A DNA stretch of 64,000 nucleotides, from NCBI GenBank assembly GCA_000004985.1, contig GG738852.1, one strand, 5' to 3'. The translations under genes and the position numbers were made by a program. The first letter of the stretch is position 1; every line of letters begins with the position of its first letter. The notes under the pieces are model-generated. The model saw only the letters and a list, made by a program, of their open reading frames with translations. It did no database searches and was not told the DNA's origin. Shown here piece after piece: positions 6,914-17,000 of this stretch. This DNA comes from Naegleria gruberi. Taxonomy: Eukaryota.

Positions 6914-6963
6914 NNNNNNNNNNNNNNNNNNNNNNNNNNNNNNNNNNNNNNNNNNNNNNNNNN
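6914..6963. other. Assembly gap (50 N), a likely unknown-size placeholder.
   Basis: An uninterrupted run of n. It abuts an ATG (minus strand, 6911-6913) that may be the TVP23 initiator. Confidence 0.95.
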
Positions 6964-7269
6964 TGCATTTCAGATGATAAATGGAATGTAATTCAACAAG
7001 TAGTTTCAAATGTTTTACCACCTTGAGGTTGACTATGCAATATATTACTATGCACCATTTAAACAGTGATATCTTCATAAATGTCAAAATGACCAAATTG
7101 GTTACTATTGAAGTATCTTATTATTTAGCATGGAACTCCTTGTAATGCAATATTTTATTTTATTGGCTTATCTTGAATGGAAACCATAAAGAGTCTCATC
7201 AGCATGCTGCGAGGCTTCTCAAGGTTTCAAAGCCAATTTCAAACAATAAAAACAAGGCTTGCAAAAAAA

Positions 7270-8000
7270 TGTTCAATTCAACCAGACGTCAATTGATTCG
7301 TAGCATTAAATCTTCTTCTATTGCATCATCATCATCATCAACAACAACATCATTGAAGAGAGGATATGCTATTACTAAAATTCCATTACCTTCTCTTTCA
7401 CCAACAATGACTTCGGGTGAAATTGTCCAATGGTTGAAGAAGGAAGGTGATAAAATCTCTGTTGGTGATTCCTTGTGCGAAATCAGAACAGATAAATCAG
7501 TATTGGATTTTGAATCAACTGAAGAAGGTATTTTGGGTAAAATTATCATTCCTGGTGGAACAAAGAATATTGAAATGGGTGCAACTATTGGCTATCTTGT
7601 TGATAAATTGGATGAAATTAAGAACATTCCTACAACATCTACTCCTGTTAGTAGTACTCCTGCTAGTACTCCAACAACAACAACAACCTCTACTACACCA
7701 GCCAGTACTTCTACTACTTCATCAAGTGCTTGTAGTAATTGGAAGGATAGAATGAATCACTCTGCTCCATTGTGTCCATCTGTTCTTCGTATTTTGAATG
7801 AAAACACTTGGATTCATGTAAAGGATATTAAAGCAACTGGTAGAGGAGGTAGACTTACCAAGACTGACTTGATTAATTATATGAATAATAGATCATGCTC
7901 TTCAAACAATGCTATTGATGCTTCTCCAAGAATTACTATTAACACAACATCAACTCCACAACCAACCACAACTACTACTGCCACTCCAACTCCTCAATCC
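7270..8000 (+). CDS. pdhX: Pyruvate dehydrogenase complex protein X / E3-binding protein (PDHX-like; dihydrolipoamide acyltransferase family). It has a mitochondrial presequence, a lipoyl domain, a Thr/Ser-rich linker and a peripheral subunit-binding domain. The 3' part is truncated by the assembly gap.
   Basis: The ATG at 7270 is in caaaaaaATG context. It is stop-free in frame 1 to position 8000, and the ORF track missed it because it runs into N. The N-terminus MFNSTRRQLIRSIKSSS resembles a mitochondrial presequence. The lipoyl domain IPLPSLSPTMTSGEIVQWLKKEGDKISVGDSLCEIRTDKSVLDFESTEEGILGKIII compares with human PDHX [57 protein letters not shown] and is closer to PDHX than to DLAT/E2. The lipoyl-Lys sits in the TDK motif. 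The PSBD is PLCPSVLRILNENTWIHVKDIKATGRGGRLTKTDLINYM. Poly-Thr linkers are present (TPTTTTTSTTPASTSTT). Confidence 0.8.
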
Positions 8001-11000
8001 NNNNNNNNNNNNNNNNNNNNNNNNNNNNNNNNNNNNNNNNNNNNNNNNNNNNNNNNNNNNNNNNNNNNNNNNNNNNNNNNNNNNNNNNNNNNNNNNNNNN
8101 NNNNNNNNNNNNNNNNNNNNNNNNNNNNNNNNNNNNNNNNNNNNNNNNNNNNNNNNNNNNNNNNNNNNNNNNNNNNNNNNNNNNNNNNNNNNNNNNNNNN
8201 NNNNNNNNNNNNNNNNNNNNNNNNNNNNNNNNNNNNNNNNNNNNNNNNNNNNNNNNNNNNNNNNNNNNNNNNNNNNNNNNNNNNNNNNNNNNNNNNNNNN
8301 NNNNNNNNNNNNNNNNNNNNNNNNNNNNNNNNNNNNNNNNNNNNNNNNNNNNNNNNNNNNNNNNNNNNNNNNNNNNNNNNNNNNNNNNNNNNNNNNNNNN
8401 NNNNNNNNNNNNNNNNNNNNNNNNNNNNNNNNNNNNNNNNNNNNNNNNNNNNNNNNNNNNNNNNNNNNNNNNNNNNNNNNNNNNNNNNNNNNNNNNNNNN
8501 NNNNNNNNNNNNNNNNNNNNNNNNNNNNNNNNNNNNNNNNNNNNNNNNNNNNNNNNNNNNNNNNNNNNNNNNNNNNNNNNNNNNNNNNNNNNNNNNNNNN
8601 NNNNNNNNNNNNNNNNNNNNNNNNNNNNNNNNNNNNNNNNNNNNNNNNNNNNNNNNNNNNNNNNNNNNNNNNNNNNNNNNNNNNNNNNNNNNNNNNNNNN
8701 NNNNNNNNNNNNNNNNNNNNNNNNNNNNNNNNNNNNNNNNNNNNNNNNNNNNNNNNNNNNNNNNNNNNNNNNNNNNNNNNNNNNNNNNNNNNNNNNNNNN
8801 NNNNNNNNNNNNNNNNNNNNNNNNNNNNNNNNNNNNNNNNNNNNNNNNNNNNNNNNNNNNNNNNNNNNNNNNNNNNNNNNNNNNNNNNNNNNNNNNNNNN
8901 NNNNNNNNNNNNNNNNNNNNNNNNNNNNNNNNNNNNNNNNNNNNNNNNNNNNNNNNNNNNNNNNNNNNNNNNNNNNNNNNNNNNNNNNNNNNNNNNNNNN
9001 NNNNNNNNNNNNNNNNNNNNNNNNNNNNNNNNNNNNNNNNNNNNNNNNNNNNNNNNNNNNNNNNNNNNNNNNNNNNNNNNNNNNNNNNNNNNNNNNNNNN
9101 NNNNNNNNNNNNNNNNNNNNNNNNNNNNNNNNNNNNNNNNNNNNNNNNNNNNNNNNNNNNNNNNNNNNNNNNNNNNNNNNNNNNNNNNNNNNNNNNNNNN
9201 NNNNNNNNNNNNNNNNNNNNNNNNNNNNNNNNNNNNNNNNNNNNNNNNNNNNNNNNNNNNNNNNNNNNNNNNNNNNNNNNNNNNNNNNNNNNNNNNNNNN
9301 NNNNNNNNNNNNNNNNNNNNNNNNNNNNNNNNNNNNNNNNNNNNNNNNNNNNNNNNNNNNNNNNNNNNNNNNNNNNNNNNNNNNNNNNNNNNNNNNNNNN
9401 NNNNNNNNNNNNNNNNNNNNNNNNNNNNNNNNNNNNNNNNNNNNNNNNNNNNNNNNNNNNNNNNNNNNNNNNNNNNNNNNNNNNNNNNNNNNNNNNNNNN
9501 NNNNNNNNNNNNNNNNNNNNNNNNNNNNNNNNNNNNNNNNNNNNNNNNNNNNNNNNNNNNNNNNNNNNNNNNNNNNNNNNNNNNNNNNNNNNNNNNNNNN
9601 NNNNNNNNNNNNNNNNNNNNNNNNNNNNNNNNNNNNNNNNNNNNNNNNNNNNNNNNNNNNNNNNNNNNNNNNNNNNNNNNNNNNNNNNNNNNNNNNNNNN
9701 NNNNNNNNNNNNNNNNNNNNNNNNNNNNNNNNNNNNNNNNNNNNNNNNNNNNNNNNNNNNNNNNNNNNNNNNNNNNNNNNNNNNNNNNNNNNNNNNNNNN
9801 NNNNNNNNNNNNNNNNNNNNNNNNNNNNNNNNNNNNNNNNNNNNNNNNNNNNNNNNNNNNNNNNNNNNNNNNNNNNNNNNNNNNNNNNNNNNNNNNNNNN
9901 NNNNNNNNNNNNNNNNNNNNNNNNNNNNNNNNNNNNNNNNNNNNNNNNNNNNNNNNNNNNNNNNNNNNNNNNNNNNNNNNNNNNNNNNNNNNNNNNNNNN
10001 NNNNNNNNNNNNNNNNNNNNNNNNNNNNNNNNNNNNNNNNNNNNNNNNNNNNNNNNNNNNNNNNNNNNNNNNNNNNNNNNNNNNNNNNNNNNNNNNNNNN
10101 NNNNNNNNNNNNNNNNNNNNNNNNNNNNNNNNNNNNNNNNNNNNNNNNNNNNNNNNNNNNNNNNNNNNNNNNNNNNNNNNNNNNNNNNNNNNNNNNNNNN
10201 NNNNNNNNNNNNNNNNNNNNNNNNNNNNNNNNNNNNNNNNNNNNNNNNNNNNNNNNNNNNNNNNNNNNNNNNNNNNNNNNNNNNNNNNNNNNNNNNNNNN
10301 NNNNNNNNNNNNNNNNNNNNNNNNNNNNNNNNNNNNNNNNNNNNNNNNNNNNNNNNNNNNNNNNNNNNNNNNNNNNNNNNNNNNNNNNNNNNNNNNNNNN
10401 NNNNNNNNNNNNNNNNNNNNNNNNNNNNNNNNNNNNNNNNNNNNNNNNNNNNNNNNNNNNNNNNNNNNNNNNNNNNNNNNNNNNNNNNNNNNNNNNNNNN
10501 NNNNNNNNNNNNNNNNNNNNNNNNNNNNNNNNNNNNNNNNNNNNNNNNNNNNNNNNNNNNNNNNNNNNNNNNNNNNNNNNNNNNNNNNNNNNNNNNNNNN
10601 NNNNNNNNNNNNNNNNNNNNNNNNNNNNNNNNNNNNNNNNNNNNNNNNNNNNNNNNNNNNNNNNNNNNNNNNNNNNNNNNNNNNNNNNNNNNNNNNNNNN
10701 NNNNNNNNNNNNNNNNNNNNNNNNNNNNNNNNNNNNNNNNNNNNNNNNNNNNNNNNNNNNNNNNNNNNNNNNNNNNNNNNNNNNNNNNNNNNNNNNNNNN
10801 NNNNNNNNNNNNNNNNNNNNNNNNNNNNNNNNNNNNNNNNNNNNNNNNNNNNNNNNNNNNNNNNNNNNNNNNNNNNNNNNNNNNNNNNNNNNNNNNNNNN
10901 NNNNNNNNNNNNNNNNNNNNNNNNNNNNNNNNNNNNNNNNNNNNNNNNNNNNNNNNNNNNNNNNNNNNNNNNNNNNNNNNNNNNNNNNNNNNNNNNNNNN

Positions 11001-14000
11001 NNNNNNNNNNNNNNNNNNNNNNNNNNNNNNNNNNNNNNNNNNNNNNNNNNNNNNNNNNNNNNNNNNNNNNNNNNNNNNNNNNNNNNNNNNNNNNNNNNNN
11101 NNNNNNNNNNNNNNNNNNNNNNNNNNNNNNNNNNNNNNNNNNNNNNNNNNNNNNNNNNNNNNNNNNNNNNNNNNNNNNNNNNNNNNNNNNNNNNNNNNNN
11201 NNNNNNNNNNNNNNNNNNNNNNNNNNNNNNNNNNNNNNNNNNNNNNNNNNNNNNNNNNNNNNNNNNNNNNNNNNNNNNNNNNNNNNNNNNNNNNNNNNNN
11301 NNNNNNNNNNNNNNNNNNNNNNNNNNNNNNNNNNNNNNNNNNNNNNNNNNNNNNNNNNNNNNNNNNNNNNNNNNNNNNNNNNNNNNNNNNNNNNNNNNNN
11401 NNNNNNNNNNNNNNNNNNNNNNNNNNNNNNNNNNNNNNNNNNNNNNNNNNNNNNNNNNNNNNNNNNNNNNNNNNNNNNNNNNNNNNNNNNNNNNNNNNNN
11501 NNNNNNNNNNNNNNNNNNNNNNNNNNNNNNNNNNNNNNNNNNNNNNNNNNNNNNNNNNNNNNNNNNNNNNNNNNNNNNNNNNNNNNNNNNNNNNNNNNNN
11601 NNNNNNNNNNNNNNNNNNNNNNNNNNNNNNNNNNNNNNNNNNNNNNNNNNNNNNNNNNNNNNNNNNNNNNNNNNNNNNNNNNNNNNNNNNNNNNNNNNNN
11701 NNNNNNNNNNNNNNNNNNNNNNNNNNNNNNNNNNNNNNNNNNNNNNNNNNNNNNNNNNNNNNNNNNNNNNNNNNNNNNNNNNNNNNNNNNNNNNNNNNNN
11801 NNNNNNNNNNNNNNNNNNNNNNNNNNNNNNNNNNNNNNNNNNNNNNNNNNNNNNNNNNNNNNNNNNNNNNNNNNNNNNNNNNNNNNNNNNNNNNNNNNNN
11901 NNNNNNNNNNNNNNNNNNNNNNNNNNNNNNNNNNNNNNNNNNNNNNNNNNNNNNNNNNNNNNNNNNNNNNNNNNNNNNNNNNNNNNNNNNNNNNNNNNNN
12001 NNNNNNNNNNNNNNNNNNNNNNNNNNNNNNNNNNNNNNNNNNNNNNNNNNNNNNNNNNNNNNNNNNNNNNNNNNNNNNNNNNNNNNNNNNNNNNNNNNNN
12101 NNNNNNNNNNNNNNNNNNNNNNNNNNNNNNNNNNNNNNNNNNNNNNNNNNNNNNNNNNNNNNNNNNNNNNNNNNNNNNNNNNNNNNNNNNNNNNNNNNNN
12201 NNNNNNNNNNNNNNNNNNNNNNNNNNNNNNNNNNNNNNNNNNNNNNNNNNNNNNNNNNNNNNNNNNNNNNNNNNNNNNNNNNNNNNNNNNNNNNNNNNNN
12301 NNNNNNNNNNNNNNNNNNNNNNNNNNNNNNNNNNNNNNNNNNNNNNNNNNNNNNNNNNNNNNNNNNNNNNNNNNNNNNNNNNNNNNNNNNNNNNNNNNNN
12401 NNNNNNNNNNNNNNNNNNNNNNNNNNNNNNNNNNNNNNNNNNNNNNNNNNNNNNNNNNNNNNNNNNNNNNNNNNNNNNNNNNNNNNNNNNNNNNNNNNNN
12501 NNNNNNNNNNNNNNNNNNNNNNNNNNNNNNNNNNNNNNNNNNNNNNNNNNNNNNNNNNNNNNNNNNNNNNNNNNNNNNNNNNNNNNNNNNNNNNNNNNNN
12601 NNNNNNNNNNNNNNNNNNNNNNNNNNNNNNNNNNNNNNNNNNNNNNNNNNNNNNNNNNNNNNNNNNNNNNNNNNNNNNNNNNNNNNNNNNNNNNNNNNNN
12701 NNNNNNNNNNNNNNNNNNNNNNNNNNNNNNNNNNNNNNNNNNNNNNNNNNNNNNNNNNNNNNNNNNNNNNNNNNNNNNNNNNNNNNNNNNNNNNNNNNNN
12801 NNNNNNNNNNNNNNNNNNNNNNNNNNNNNNNNNNNNNNNNNNNNNNNNNNNNNNNNNNNNNNNNNNNNNNNNNNNNNNNNNNNNNNNNNNNNNNNNNNNN
12901 NNNNNNNNNNNNNNNNNNNNNNNNNNNNNNNNNNNNNNNNNNNNNNNNNNNNNNNNNNNNNNNNNNNNNNNNNNNNNNNNNNNNNNNNNNNNNNNNNNNN
13001 NNNNNNNNNNNNNNNNNNNNNNNNNNNNNNNNNNNNNNNNNNNNNNNNNNNNNNNNNNNNNNNNNNNNNNNNNNNNNNNNNNNNNNNNNNNNNNNNNNNN
13101 NNNNNNNNNNNNNNNNNNNNNNNNNNNNNNNNNNNNNNNNNNNNNNNNNNNNNNNNNNNNNNNNNNNNNNNNNNNNNNNNNNNNNNNNNNNNNNNNNNNN
13201 NNNNNNNNNNNNNNNNNNNNNNNNNNNNNNNNNNNNNNNNNNNNNNNNNNNNNNNNNNNNNNNNNNNNNNNNNNNNNNNNNNNNNNNNNNNNNNNNNNNN
13301 NNNNNNNNNNNNNNNNNNNNNNNNNNNNNNNNNNNNNNNNNNNNNNNNNNNNNNNNNNNNNNNNNNNNNNNNNNNNNNNNNNNNNNNNNNNNNNNNNNNN
13401 NNNNNNNNNNNNNNNNNNNNNNNNNNNNNNNNNNNNNNNNNNNNNNNNNNNNNNNNNNNNNNNNNNNNNNNNNNNNNNNNNNNNNNNNNNNNNNNNNNNN
13501 NNNNNNNNNNNNNNNNNNNNNNNNNNNNNNNNNNNNNNNNNNNNNNNNNNNNNNNNNNNNNNNNNNNNNNNNNNNNNNNNNNNNNNNNNNNNNNNNNNNN
13601 NNNNNNNNNNNNNNNNNNNNNNNNNNNNNNNNNNNNNNNNNNNNNNNNNNNNNNNNNNNNNNNNNNNNNNNNNNNNNNNNNNNNNNNNNNNNNNNNNNNN
13701 NNNNNNNNNNNNNNNNNNNNNNNNNNNNNNNNNNNNNNNNNNNNNNNNNNNNNNNNNNNNNNNNNNNNNNNNNNNNNNNNNNNNNNNNNNNNNNNNNNNN
13801 NNNNNNNNNNNNNNNNNNNNNNNNNNNNNNNNNNNNNNNNNNNNNNNNNNNNNNNNNNNNNNNNNNNNNNNNNNNNNNNNNNNNNNNNNNNNNNNNNNNN
13901 NNNNNNNNNNNNNNNNNNNNNNNNNNNNNNNNNNNNNNNNNNNNNNNNNNNNNNNNNNNNNNNNNNNNNNNNNNNNNNNNNNNNNNNNNNNNNNNNNNNN

Positions 14001-17000
14001 NNNNNNNNNNNNNNNNNNNNNNNNNNNNNNNNNNNNNNNNNNNNNNNNNNNNNNNNNNNNNNNNNNNNNNNNNNNNNNNNNNNNNNNNNNNNNNNNNNNN
14101 NNNNNNNNNNNNNNNNNNNNNNNNNNNNNNNNNNNNNNNNNNNNNNNNNNNNNNNNNNNNNNNNNNNNNNNNNNNNNNNNNNNNNNNNNNNNNNNNNNNN
14201 NNNNNNNNNNNNNNNNNNNNNNNNNNNNNNNNNNNNNNNNNNNNNNNNNNNNNNNNNNNNNNNNNNNNNNNNNNNNNNNNNNNNNNNNNNNNNNNNNNNN
14301 NNNNNNNNNNNNNNNNNNNNNNNNNNNNNNNNNNNNNNNNNNNNNNNNNNNNNNNNNNNNNNNNNNNNNNNNNNNNNNNNNNNNNNNNNNNNNNNNNNNN
14401 NNNNNNNNNNNNNNNNNNNNNNNNNNNNNNNNNNNNNNNNNNNNNNNNNNNNNNNNNNNNNNNNNNNNNNNNNNNNNNNNNNNNNNNNNNNNNNNNNNNN
14501 NNNNNNNNNNNNNNNNNNNNNNNNNNNNNNNNNNNNNNNNNNNNNNNNNNNNNNNNNNNNNNNNNNNNNNNNNNNNNNNNNNNNNNNNNNNNNNNNNNNN
14601 NNNNNNNNNNNNNNNNNNNNNNNNNNNNNNNNNNNNNNNNNNNNNNNNNNNNNNNNNNNNNNNNNNNNNNNNNNNNNNNNNNNNNNNNNNNNNNNNNNNN
14701 NNNNNNNNNNNNNNNNNNNNNNNNNNNNNNNNNNNNNNNNNNNNNNNNNNNNNNNNNNNNNNNNNNNNNNNNNNNNNNNNNNNNNNNNNNNNNNNNNNNN
14801 NNNNNNNNNNNNNNNNNNNNNNNNNNNNNNNNNNNNNNNNNNNNNNNNNNNNNNNNNNNNNNNNNNNNNNNNNNNNNNNNNNNNNNNNNNNNNNNNNNNN
14901 NNNNNNNNNNNNNNNNNNNNNNNNNNNNNNNNNNNNNNNNNNNNNNNNNNNNNNNNNNNNNNNNNNNNNNNNNNNNNNNNNNNNNNNNNNNNNNNNNNNN
15001 NNNNNNNNNNNNNNNNNNNNNNNNNNNNNNNNNNNNNNNNNNNNNNNNNNNNNNNNNNNNNNNNNNNNNNNNNNNNNNNNNNNNNNNNNNNNNNNNNNNN
15101 NNNNNNNNNNNNNNNNNNNNNNNNNNNNNNNNNNNNNNNNNNNNNNNNNNNNNNNNNNNNNNNNNNNNNNNNNNNNNNNNNNNNNNNNNNNNNNNNNNNN
15201 NNNNNNNNNNNNNNNNNNNNNNNNNNNNNNNNNNNNNNNNNNNNNNNNNNNNNNNNNNNNNNNNNNNNNNNNNNNNNNNNNNNNNNNNNNNNNNNNNNNN
15301 NNNNNNNNNNNNNNNNNNNNNNNNNNNNNNNNNNNNNNNNNNNNNNNNNNNNNNNNNNNNNNNNNNNNNNNNNNNNNNNNNNNNNNNNNNNNNNNNNNNN
15401 NNNNNNNNNNNNNNNNNNNNNNNNNNNNNNNNNNNNNNNNNNNNNNNNNNNNNNNNNNNNNNNNNNNNNNNNNNNNNNNNNNNNNNNNNNNNNNNNNNNN
15501 NNNNNNNNNNNNNNNNNNNNNNNNNNNNNNNNNNNNNNNNNNNNNNNNNNNNNNNNNNNNNNNNNNNNNNNNNNNNNNNNNNNNNNNNNNNNNNNNNNNN
15601 NNNNNNNNNNNNNNNNNNNNNNNNNNNNNNNNNNNNNNNNNNNNNNNNNNNNNNNNNNNNNNNNNNNNNNNNNNNNNNNNNNNNNNNNNNNNNNNNNNNN
15701 NNNNNNNNNNNNNNNNNNNNNNNNNNNNNNNNNNNNNNNNNNNNNNNNNNNNNNNNNNNNNNNNNNNNNNNNNNNNNNNNNNNNNNNNNNNNNNNNNNNN
15801 NNNNNNNNNNNNNNNNNNNNNNNNNNNNNNNNNNNNNNNNNNNNNNNNNNNNNNNNNNNNNNNNNNNNNNNNNNNNNNNNNNNNNNNNNNNNNNNNNNNN
15901 NNNNNNNNNNNNNNNNNNNNNNNNNNNNNNNNNNNNNNNNNNNNNNNNNNNNNNNNNNNNNNNNNNNNNNNNNNNNNNNNNNNNNNNNNNNNNNNNNNNN
16001 NNNNNNNNNNNNNNNNNNNNNNNNNNNNNNNNNNNNNNNNNNNNNNNNNNNNNNNNNNNNNNNNNNNNNNNNNNNNNNNNNNNNNNNNNNNNNNNNNNNN
16101 NNNNNNNNNNNNNNNNNNNNNNNNNNNNNNNNNNNNNNNNNNNNNNNNNNNNNNNNNNNNNNNNNNNNNNNNNNNNNNNNNNNNNNNNNNNNNNNNNNNN
16201 NNNNNNNNNNNNNNNNNNNNNNNNNNNNNNNNNNNNNNNNNNNNNNNNNNNNNNNNNNNNNNNNNNNNNNNNNNNNNNNNNNNNNNNNNNNNNNNNNNNN
16301 NNNNNNNNNNNNNNNNNNNNNNNNNNNNNNNNNNNNNNNNNNNNNNNNNNNNNNNNNNNNNNNNNNNNNNNNNNNNNNNNNNNNNNNNNNNNNNNNNNNN
16401 NNNNNNNNNNNNNNNNNNNNNNNNNNNNNNNNNNNNNNNNNNNNNNNNNNNNNNNNNNNNNNNNNNNNNNNNNNNNNNNNNNNNNNNNNNNNNNNNNNNN
16501 NNNNNNNNNNNNNNNNNNNNNNNNNNNNNNNNNNNNNNNNNNNNNNNNNNNNNNNNNNNNNNNNNNNNNNNNNNNNNNNNNNNNNNNNNNNNNNNNNNNN
16601 NNNNNNNNNNNNNNNNNNNNNNNNNNNNNNNNNNNNNNNNNNNNNNNNNNNNNNNNNNNNNNNNNNNNNNNNNNNNNNNNNNNNNNNNNNNNNNNNNNNN
16701 NNNNNNNNNNNNNNNNNNNNNNNNNNNNNNNNNNNNNNNNNNNNNNNNNNNNNNNNNNNNNNNNNNNNNNNNNNNNNNNNNNNNNNNNNNNNNNNNNNNN
16801 NNNNNNNNNNNNNNNNNNNNNNNNNNNNNNNNNNNNNNNNNNNNNNNNNNNNNNNNNNNNNNNNNNNNNNNNNNNNNNNNNNNNNNNNNNNNNNNNNNNN
16901 NNNNNNNNNNNNNNNNNNNNNNNNNNNNNNNNNNNNNNNNNNNNNNNNNNNNNNNNNNNNNNNNNNNNNNNNNNNNNNNNNNNNNNNNNNNNNNNNNNNN

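Noticed and set aside
6863-7096. Minus-strand 77-aa ORF reading through the 50-N block (...HLKCXXXXX...MNNLYKVNNSWKLVLI).
   Set aside because: As a single ORF it is an artefact of translating N as X. Only its last 16 codons (ATG at 6911-6913) were kept, as a candidate TVP23 first exon, in the findings.
7289-7755. ORFs 7289-7549 (minus) and 7447-7755 (plus, LLLVVLLLVLQQQQQP...).
   Set aside because: Both overlap the pdhX-like CDS (frame 1 from 7270) in other frames. The poly-L/Q product is the off-frame reading of the poly-Thr (aca/act) linker codons.
1-8000. Prokaryotic-style features (operons, RBS, CRISPR arrays, defence islands).
   Set aside because: The sequence is eukaryotic (spliceosomal introns, a Pol III tRNA with intron, signal-peptide/GPI proteins, TTG/GTG starts being artefacts). 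No direct-repeat/spacer arrays exist in the readable 8 kb.
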